A DNA stretch of 32,000 nucleotides from Cryptosporangium minutisporangium. GTDB lineage: Bacteria; Actinomycetota; Actinomycetes; Mycobacteriales; Cryptosporangiaceae. This document shows, piece by piece, positions 25,851 through 32,000 of this stretch. Under the pieces are notes generated by a model, which was given only the letters and a program-made list of their open reading frames with translations, had not been told where the DNA came from and did not search any database. The position numbers and the translations under genes are program-made. Every line of letters begins with the position of its first letter. Within the stretch, counting starts at the first letter, position 1. The stretch covers positions 37,457-69,456 of the forward strand of contig NZ_BAAAYN010000057.1 in assembly GCF_039536245.1 (NCBI RefSeq), read 5' to 3'.

Positions 25851-25908
25851 TTGACACCACTGCAACTGAAGTAGTAACTTTCAAACCACTTCAATCGAAG
25901 TGGTTTGA
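25851..25908 (+). promoter_or_regulatory. Candidate housekeeping-type promoter (TTGACA-18-TAACTT) immediately followed by a 28-bp perfect palindrome
   Basis: TTGACA at 25851-25856 and TAACTT at 25875-25880. Palindrome TCAAACCACTTC-AATC-GAAGTGGTTTGA at 25881-25908, 21 nt before ATG 25929. Confidence 0.45.
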
Positions 25909-25928
25909 ACAGAGAAGAGAGAGACCGG

Positions 25929-26498
25929 ATGCGCACGCTCACCTACTACGTTGCTGCCAGCCTCGACGGGTACATCGCCGCTCCGGACGGCAGTTACGAA
26001 TTCTTGCCTTTCGAGGGGGAGGTCCGGGACGCGATCCTCGCCGAGTACCCCGAGACGATGCCGGTCCACGTCCGCGAGCCGTTCGGCCTGACCGCCGTTC
26101 CGCATCGGCACTTCGACACCGTGCTCATGGGCCGCGGCACGTACGAGCCGGCCCTGAAGGCAGGCATCACGAGTCCCTACGCCCACCTGAAGCAGTACGT
26201 CGTGTCCCGCACTCTGCGCCCCACCGACTCGGAGGTGGAGATCGTCGCCGACGACCCCGCCGCGCTGGTGCGCGCCCTCAAGAAGCAGGACGGCATGGGG
26301 ATCTGGCTCGCCGGCGGCGGCAAGCTGGCCGCCGCGCTCCGCGACGAGATCGACGTGCTGATCATCAAGCACAATCCGGTCGTCGTCGGTTCCGGCATCC
26401 CGCTCTTCGACGGACCGTTCGCTCCCACGAACTTCCTGCCGACCGCGCGCCGCGACTTCGACTCCGGCGTCAGCATCGTCACCTACGCGAAGAGATGA
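25929..26498 (+). CDS. Dihydrofolate-reductase-family (RibD C-terminal domain) protein
   Basis: ORF 25905..26498. Start is ATG 25929. MRTLTYYVAASLDGYIAAPDGSYEFL, VLMGRGTYE, IWLAGGGKLAAAL. Confidence 0.8.
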   Translation: MRTLTYYVAASLDGYIAAPDGSYEFLPFEGEVRDAILAEYPETMPVHVREPFGLTAVPHRHFDTVLMGRGTYEPALKAGITSPYAHLKQYVVSRTLRPTDSEVEIVADDPAALVRALKKQDGMGIWLAGGGKLAAALRDEIDVLIIKHNPVVVGSGIPLFDGPFAPTNFLPTARRDFDSGVSIVTYAKR

Positions 26499-26593
26499 GA
26501 CCTCTCAGGTCGCTTCTCGCAGCGTCGATCGGGTGCCGGATCGCCGAACTCATGCGTTCGGCGGCGATCTGATTCGGCTTCCGAGGAGAACCG

Positions 26594-26953
26594 TTGAAGC
26601 GCTTAAGCAAGGCGGTTGTCGCTGGGCTGTCGATCTTCACGATCGGCGCACTCATCAGTCCCACTGCGGTCGAGGCTGCGACGAAGTACTTCAGCACCAC
26701 GAAGACGGTGACCGCCCGCGGTAGCGTCAACTGTCCCGCTGGATACAAGGTCACCGGCGGTGGATACAGCATTCCGTCGGATCGCTACACCGATACCCTT
26801 GTCGACCAGTACGTGGTCACGGCCTCCTATCCGAGCGCGAGCGGTTGGCGCGTCACCGCCACTCGGACGCGTACCACGCTGGACGAGAAGGAGGGAATCG
26901 TCAGCACGACGACTCCCTACTCCGCCACTGTCTACGCGATGTGTGTCGGCTGA
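26594..26953 (+). CDS. Small secreted protein of unknown function (119 aa, 2 Cys)
   Basis: TTG start with GAGGAG 5 nt upstream. Signal peptide MKRLSKAVVAGLSIFTIGALISPTAVEA|AT. Mature part is Thr/Ser/Tyr-rich with CPAGYKVTGGGY...YAMCVG. A/T-richer codons than the left flank. Confidence 0.6.
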   Translation: MKRLSKAVVAGLSIFTIGALISPTAVEAATKYFSTTKTVTARGSVNCPAGYKVTGGGYSIPSDRYTDTLVDQYVVTASYPSASGWRVTATRTRTTLDEKEGIVSTTTPYSATVYAMCVG

Positions 26954-27103
26954 CGGATCGACCTGGTCGAGGTGTTGCACGTTCGTGTCCCCCATGACGG
27001 CGCCGAATGTGCAACGCCTGTGGCGAGTCCGGGGCATCCCCTATCGCTGGCATATCGAAAACCACATACGGACTGAGAACACTCGGCTGTCTTGACTAAA
27101 AGC

Positions 27104-28123
27104 ATGCCTGACAGCGAACAAGCCCGAACACTGGCGTCCTCGTCCTCGGCCGAGGCGCATCGAACGGGAATCACCGTCTACGGATGCGGGCCGGACGAGG
27201 CCGTCTTGTTCCGGAAGATGGCGCCTCGCTTCGGCATCGTACCGACGATCACCGAGGCGCCGATGTCCGAGGCCACCATTGAGTTGGCCGACGGGAACCG
27301 ATGTATCAGCGTCGGCCACAAGAGCCGAATCGCGAACTCCGATCTCCGTGCGCTCAGCCGGGTCGGTGTCGGGTACGTGTCCACGCGAAGCATCGGATAC
27401 GACCATATCGACGTCGGGTACGCGGAGAGCGTCGGCGTCAGGGTCGAGAACGTCGCCTATTCGCCGGACAGCGTGGCCGACTTCACGCTGATGCTGATGC
27501 TCATGGCGGTGCGGCAGGCCAAATCGACCGTCCGCCGCGCCGATGTCCACGACTACCGACTGAGCGAGATACGCGGGAAAGAACTGCGCGATCTGACCGT
27601 TGGAGTCGTCGGAACAGGACGCATCGGCGCGGCGGTCATCGATCGGCTGCGAGGTTTCGGCTGCCGAATTCTGGCCCACGACAGTCGCCCAACGGCCGCT
27701 GCCGACTACGTGGCCTTCGCCGAATTGCTGCAGCGAAGCGACATCGTCACGCTCCACACGCCGCTGACTGCGGACACGCACCATCTCCTGGATCGTCGAC
27801 GCATCGAGCAGATGAAGCGCGGGGCGTTCGTGATCAATACCGGTCGCGGCTCGCTTCTCGACACCGACGCTCTTGTCTCGGCGTTGGAGAGCGGCAGGTT
27901 GGGCGGCGCGGCGTTGGACGTCCTCGAAGGTGAGGAAGGGATCTTCTACACCGACTGCCGAGAGGGCTCCGTCGAAAACAAGCTGCTGCTGCGGTTGCAA
28001 GAGATGCCGAACGCGCTGATCAGTCCGCACACCGCCTATTACACGGACCACGCCCTGAGTGACACCGTCGAAAACAGTCTGATCAATTGTCTGGCGTTCG
28101 AGAACGGGACACGACATGGATAG
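27104..28123 (+). CDS. vanH: VanH, D-lactate (D-2-hydroxyacid) dehydrogenase
   Basis: ITVYGCGPDEA..., CISVGHKSRI, YSPDSVADFT, VGVVGTGRIGAAV, FVINTGRGSL and AALDVLEGEEGIFY match VanH almost motif-for-motif. The ORF opens at TTG 27092; ATG 27104 is preferred. The stop overlaps the vanA start by 8 nt. Confidence 0.9.
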   Translation: MPDSEQARTLASSSSAEAHRTGITVYGCGPDEAVLFRKMAPRFGIVPTITEAPMSEATIELADGNRCISVGHKSRIANSDLRALSRVGVGYVSTRSIGYDHIDVGYAESVGVRVENVAYSPDSVADFTLMLMLMAVRQAKSTVRRADVHDYRLSEIRGKELRDLTVGVVGTGRIGAAVIDRLRGFGCRILAHDSRPTAAADYVAFAELLQRSDIVTLHTPLTADTHHLLDRRRIEQMKRGAFVINTGRGSLLDTDALVSALESGRLGGAALDVLEGEEGIFYTDCREGSVENKLLLRLQEMPNALISPHTAYYTDHALSDTVENSLINCLAFENGTRHG

Positions 28124-29156
28124 GTTGAAGGTCGGCATCGTCTTCGGAGGTAGCTCGGAGGAGCACCCCGTCTCCGTCATCTCCGCGCGAGAGGTCGCGA
28201 ACAACCTCGACTCCGGCAAGTACGAGCCGTTCTGGATCGGGATCACGAAGAGCGGCGACTGGAAGCTCTGTGACGGTCCGGACGTGGACCTGGAGAGCGG
28301 TAGTTGCCGTCCGGCCGTGCTCTCGCCGGACCGGAACGAGCGCGGGTTGCTCGTGCTGGACGAGGGGAAATACGAGTCGGTCGGCCTCGACCTGGTGTTT
28401 CCCGTATTGCACGGCAAGCTTGGCGAGGACGGCGCGGTACAGGGTTTGCTGGAGCTCTCCGGCATCCCCTACGTCGGCTGCGACGTCCCGACCTCGGCCC
28501 TGTGCATGGACAAGTCTCTGACCTACCTGGTGGCTCGGAGCGTTGGAGTAGCCACGCCGAAGTTCTGGACCGTCACGGCGAGCGTTGACGTTGATCCGGA
28601 ATTGCTTCCCTATCCTGTTTTTGTGAAGCCGGCGCGTTCGGGCTCCTCGTTCGGCGTCACCAAAGTAGCTCGGGGAGAAGAATTGCGGAGTGCGGTGGAG
28701 ACCGCAAGACGGTATGACTCGAAGGTGCTGATCGAAGAGGCGGTCGTGGGTAGCGAGGTCGGCTGCGCGATTCTGGGCAACGATCCCGATTTGATCGCGG
28801 GTGAAGTGGATCGGATCGCGCTGTCCCATGGATTCTTCCGGATCCATCAGGAGAGCGAGCCGGAAAGCGGTTCCGAGAACTCCACTCCAGTCGTTCCCGC
28901 GGACATCCCGGCAGAGTCGCGCTCGCTCGTCCAGGAGACCGCGAAGACTCTCTATCGCGCCTTGGGCTGCCGAGGGCTGGCGCGGGTGGACCTGTTCCTC
29001 ACGGAAGACGGAACGGTCGTGCTCAACGAAGTCAACACTCTGCCCGGTCTGACCTCGTACAGCCGTTATCCGAGGATGATGGCGGCTGCCGGCTTGCCGC
29101 TCACCGAGGTGATCGATCGGATCGTGTCGCTCGCCTTGACCGGACGAGCCCGATGA
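28116..29156 (+). CDS. vanA: VanA-type D-alanine--D-lactate ligase
   Basis: LKVGIVFGGSSEEHPVSV, FPVLHGKLGEDGAVQGLLELSGIPYVGC, GFFRIHQESEPESGSENS (the His typical of D-Lac ligases), and ALGCRGLARVDLFLTEDGTVVLNEVNTLPGLTSYSRYPRMMAAAG. Confidence 0.92.
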   Translation: MDRLKVGIVFGGSSEEHPVSVISAREVANNLDSGKYEPFWIGITKSGDWKLCDGPDVDLESGSCRPAVLSPDRNERGLLVLDEGKYESVGLDLVFPVLHGKLGEDGAVQGLLELSGIPYVGCDVPTSALCMDKSLTYLVARSVGVATPKFWTVTASVDVDPELLPYPVFVKPARSGSSFGVTKVARGEELRSAVETARRYDSKVLIEEAVVGSEVGCAILGNDPDLIAGEVDRIALSHGFFRIHQESEPESGSENSTPVVPADIPAESRSLVQETAKTLYRALGCRGLARVDLFLTEDGTVVLNEVNTLPGLTSYSRYPRMMAAAGLPLTEVIDRIVSLALTGRAR

Positions 29157-29761
29157 ACGACGACTTCGTCTACGTGGACGACCTCGTGCCCGGGGTGCGG
29201 TGGGATGCCAAGTACGCCACCTGGGACAACTTCACCGGCAAGCCCGTGGAGGGCTACCTCGCAAACCGAATCGTCGGCACGAGGGTCTTATGCGCAGCTC
29301 TGGAAAGAGTGCAGGAACGGGCCGCGGACCTCGGCTTCGGCTTGCTTCTCTGGGACGGCTATCGCCCGCAGCGGGCCGTGGATAGCTTCCTGCGCTGGTC
29401 GAAACAGCCGGAGGACGGGCGGACGAAGCGACGGCACTATCCGAACATCGATCGAGCCGAGATGTTCGAGAAGGGGTATGTAGCGGCGATGTCGGGTCAC
29501 AGCCGAGGTAGCACGGTCGACCTGACGCTCTATGACTTGTCCACCGGTGAACTCGCTCCCATGGGCGGTGGCCACGATCTGATGGATCCGATCTCACATC
29601 ATGGCGCGAGCGGAATCACACCGGTCGAAGCGAGGAACCGGCAACATCTCCGTTCCGTCTTGGAGGCGTGCGGTTTCAGTTCGTACGGCTGCGAGTGGTG
29701 GCACTACACACTGCGGGACGAGCCGTATCCGGACACCTACTTCGATTTCCCGATCACCTGA
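29153..29761 (+). CDS. vanX: VanX, D-Ala-D-Ala dipeptidase
   Basis: ATGA overlap with vanA. RWDAKYATWDNFTGKPVEGY, LLLWDGYRP, SGHSRGSTVDLTLYD, EWWHYTL. Confidence 0.92.
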   Translation: MNDDFVYVDDLVPGVRWDAKYATWDNFTGKPVEGYLANRIVGTRVLCAALERVQERAADLGFGLLLWDGYRPQRAVDSFLRWSKQPEDGRTKRRHYPNIDRAEMFEKGYVAAMSGHSRGSTVDLTLYDLSTGELAPMGGGHDLMDPISHHGASGITPVEARNRQHLRSVLEACGFSSYGCEWWHYTLRDEPYPDTYFDFPIT

Positions 29762-30881
29762 TGTCGAGCGTCGTGTCACCGGACGCGGCCGGCAGCTGCA
29801 CCCTCACGTGGAGCCCTCCGGCGTCCCGGCGGGTGAGCGTGAGCGTCCCGTCGTGGGCTTGGGTGATGCTCTTGACGATCGCCAGGCCGAGGCCGAGGCC
29901 CGCTTGGTCACTGCGGATGCGTTCGGTGCCGCGCTGGAACGGCTCGGTGAGGGTCGAGATCAGCTGGGGAGTGAGCTTCTCGCCGGTGTTCTCGACGGTG
30001 AGCACGACGGCGTTGGAGTGAGCGGCGGTGGTGTTGACCCACACGGTGCCGTGGTCGGCGACGTTGTGGACGACGGCGTTGTGCAGGAGGTTGGTGGTCA
30101 GCTGCAGCAGAAGCGCGTGCGAGCCGACGGTGGGGGCGACGTCCCCGGAGGTCTCGATCGTGATCCCGTGCTTCTCTGCGAGCGGCAGCAGCGTTTCGGT
30201 GGCTTCCTCCGCGACCAGGGACAGGTCGACGTGTTCTCGGCTGAACGATCGCCGGTCGGCGCGGCTGAGCAGGAGCAACGCTTCGGTGAGATCGATCGCT
30301 CGGGTGTTGACGACGCGGAGGCGTTCCACGAGCTCGCCGGTGTCGCGGTTCGGATCGTTGCGCGCGACGTCGAGAAGGGTCTGCGTGATCGCCAGCGGGG
30401 TGCGCAGTTCGTGGGACGCGTTGGCTGCGAAGCGCTGCTGTTCGGCGACGTGCGCTTCGAGCCGCGCGAGCATGGCGTCGAAGCTGTCGGCGAGTTCGCG
30501 GAACTCGTCGGCATGGCCCTCCAACGCGATCCGGTGGGAGAGCGACCCCCTCGCAGCCATGCGGGTTGCGTCCGTGATTCGGGACAGGGGGGCCAGCATG
30601 CGGCCGGCCAGGATCCACCCCCCGAGCAGACCGAAAATCAGCAGGAACACCAACATCTCGATGGCCCGCGGGGCGAACGCGCGCTGGAGATCGTCGCGGT
30701 TGGGACCTCGGGGGAAGTGGCCGCCGGGGCCCGGCGGTGCTGAGACGTCGGGTACGTATCGCAAGAGGAACACCCACACGACCGCGAGCAGCATGGCGCC
30801 TGCGAGCATCAGGAACCCCGCGTAGCTGAGGGTGAGCTTCAGGCGAACGCTCAAACCACGCGGCCTATCCACGCTGGTCAT
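29754..30881 (-). CDS. vanS: VanS-type sensor histidine kinase (HAMP, HisKA, HATPase_c)
   Basis: Two N-terminal TM segments flank a short loop. H-box FAANASHELRTPLA. HNAVVHN and GLGLGLAIVKSI. Its start overlaps the vanR stop by 17 nt. Its stop overlaps the vanX stop by 8 nt (convergent). Confidence 0.85.
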   Translation of the reverse strand: MTSVDRPRGLSVRLKLTLSYAGFLMLAGAMLLAVVWVFLLRYVPDVSAPPGPGGHFPRGPNRDDLQRAFAPRAIEMLVFLLIFGLLGGWILAGRMLAPLSRITDATRMAARGSLSHRIALEGHADEFRELADSFDAMLARLEAHVAEQQRFAANASHELRTPLAITQTLLDVARNDPNRDTGELVERLRVVNTRAIDLTEALLLLSRADRRSFSREHVDLSLVAEEATETLLPLAEKHGITIETSGDVAPTVGSHALLLQLTTNLLHNAVVHNVADHGTVWVNTTAAHSNAVVLTVENTGEKLTPQLISTLTEPFQRGTERIRSDQAGLGLGLAIVKSITQAHDGTLTLTRRDAGGLHVRVQLPAASGDTTLDIR

Positions 30882-31560
30882 CCTCGTCTCCGGCGGCGGG
30901 TCCGGTGCCGATGCGGTAGCCGACGCCGGGCACCGTCGCGATCAGCCAGGGTTCGCCGAGTCGCTTGCGGAGGGCGGAGACCGTGATGCGCACGGCGTTG
31001 GTGAACGGGTCGGCGTTCTCGTCCCACGCCCGTTCCAGGAGTTCTTCGGCGCTGATGACGCCGCCCTCGGCGGCGACCAGGACTTCGAGCACGGCGAACT
31101 GCTTCCGGGTGAGCGCGACGTAGCGGCCGTCGCGGTAGACCTCGCGGCGGAATGGGTCCAGGCGCAGGCCGGCGAGCTCTCGCACGGGCGGCCTGTTGTG
31201 TGCGCGCCTGCGGTCGAGTGCTCTGAGCCTGAGGACGAGTTCCCGCAGCTCGAACGGCTTGGTGAGGTAGTCGTCGGCGCCGAGCCCGAACCCGGACGCC
31301 TTGTCGTCGAGCCGGTCGGCAGCGGTGAGCATCAGGATCGGCATGCCGCTGCCGGAGGCGACGATGCGTGCGGCGATCTCGTCGCCGGAGGGGCCGGGGA
31401 TGTCGCGGTCTAGGACGGCGATGTCGTAGGCGTTGACGCTCAGCATCTCCAGTGCGGTGTTGCCGTCACCGGCGATGTCGGCCGCGATCGCCTCCAGGCG
31501 TAGTCCATCGCGGATGGCCTCGGCCATGTAGGGCTCGTCCTCGACGACCAAGACACGCAT
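30865..31560 (-). CDS. vanR: VanR-type OmpR-family response regulator
   Basis: ORF 30865..31677. Start is ATG 31560. MRVLVVEDEPYMAEAIRDGL, DIAVLDRDIPGPSGDE, LTAADRLDDKASGFGLGADDYLTKPF, and the winged helix LTRKQFAVLEVL...VPGVGYRI. Confidence 0.9.
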   Translation of the reverse strand: MRVLVVEDEPYMAEAIRDGLRLEAIAADIAGDGNTALEMLSVNAYDIAVLDRDIPGPSGDEIAARIVASGSGMPILMLTAADRLDDKASGFGLGADDYLTKPFELRELVLRLRALDRRRAHNRPPVRELAGLRLDPFRREVYRDGRYVALTRKQFAVLEVLVAAEGGVISAEELLERAWDENADPFTNAVRITVSALRKRLGEPWLIATVPGVGYRIGTGPAAGDEDDQRG

Positions 31561-31691
31561 GCACTCAACGCTACGACCTGGGGCATATCGTCGGGATACG
31601 AAAAACCGCGGGCGGGCGCCGACAGGTGTGAGGAGATGTGTGCCATGACGTCCGACAGCCAAGGTGCCCGGCCCCAAGTGGTGATCCGCCC

Positions 31692-32000
31692 GTGAAGCGC
31701 ATCCTGATGGCGATCCTCGGCGCAGCGCTCATCGTCGTCGGTGTGCTTCTCTTGGTCCTTCCCGGGCCGGGCCTGCTGTTGGTACTCGCCGGGTTGCTCC
31801 TCCTGGCGTCGGAGTTCCCGTGGGCGAGGCGCTACGTGGAGCCGGTACGGGAGCGAGCGATGCAAGCGGCCGACGCGAGCGTCTCCTCACCCTGGCGGCT
31901 GACCGGCTCGGTCGCGGCGGGTCTGTTCCTGATCGGCGCAGGCATCGTGTGGGGAGTGCAGGAGTCGTTGCCGTTCGGCGGCTGGGGCACCGGGACGAGT
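31692..32000 (+). CDS. PGPGW-motif small membrane protein (partial, runs off the window end)
   Basis: GTG 31692. VKRILMAILGAALIVVGVLLLVLPGPGLLLVLAGLLLLASEFPWARRY... Stop-free to nt 32000 with high GC3. Not in the ORF track because it has no stop. Confidence 0.6.
   Translation, partial: MKRILMAILGAALIVVGVLLLVLPGPGLLLVLAGLLLLASEFPWARRYVEPVRERAMQAADASVSSPWRLTGSVAAGLFLIGAGIVWGVQESLPFGGWGTGTS

Noticed and set aside
26591-26602. CCGTTGAAGCGC at the left edge of the van island resembling CCGTGAAGCGC at 31690-31700 on the right edge (possible target-site duplication)
   Set aside because: Only 8 contiguous identical bases. Both copies are the first codons (Met/Val-Lys-Arg) of unrelated genes, so this is chance-level similarity and not convincing as island ends.
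26974-27015. GTTGCAC...(28 nt)...GTGCAAC inverted repeat between the secreted-protein gene and vanH, as terminator or VanR site
   Set aside because: A 7-bp stem with a 28-nt loop is weak for a terminator. The motif is not repeated upstream of vanR, unlike the GGCATATCG element.
27041-28465. 474-aa minus-strand ORF across vanH/vanA
   Set aside because: It is antisense to two genes with near motif-for-motif VanH/VanA identity and has no recognisable features of its own.
1-32000. Scan for tRNA/rRNA genes, CRISPR arrays, IS elements, integrases, toxin-antitoxin pairs or known defence systems
   Set aside because: I saw no cloverleaf-like or rRNA-like segments and no regularly spaced direct repeats other than the 15-bp coding repeat at 7046-7150. 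No transposase or integrase motifs appeared in any frame. This was by eye only; tRNAscan-SE, Infernal, ISEScan or DefenseFinder could revise it.

Overview
High-GC (roughly 70% by eye) actinomycete-type chromosomal segment, densely coding on both strands. Most long ORFs in the supplied track are antisense or out-of-frame artefacts of the GC bias. I support about 33 protein-coding genes. From the left: an MFS transporter, an SMP-30/gluconolactonase, and a chymotrypsin-fold protease-like gene whose catalytic His position reads Tyr. After a 545-nt gene-free gap comes a tight co-directional set: a 163-aa hypothetical; a 1090-aa sensor histidine kinase that continues in-frame into a complete astacin-type zinc metalloprotease plus a YbaY/YscW-like domain; a NarL-type response regulator; and a possible 55-aa CxxC/HxxxxH ORF. 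Next are a DedA::degenerate-PAP2 membrane protein, a RipA-like NlpC/P60 hydrolase, a decayed nucleotidyltransferase, a MarR + DHA2-MFS pair, an orphan MCP, and a MarR + membrane-protein pair with a triple-palindrome operator. Two paralogous SigG/ECF56-like sigma factors follow, embedded among NTF2/SnoaL, RibD_C (DHFR-like), quinone oxidoreductase, HxlR, LysR, GNAT and SDR genes. The right end (about 26.5-31.7 kb) is a visibly lower-GC island with vanHAX and convergent vanRS (glycopeptide resistance), followed by a partial PGPGW membrane protein. I recognised no rRNA, tRNA, CRISPR array, transposase or integrase. The most unusual item is the kinase-astacin fusion and its neighbourhood. All functional calls rest on motif recognition by eye, not on database searches.
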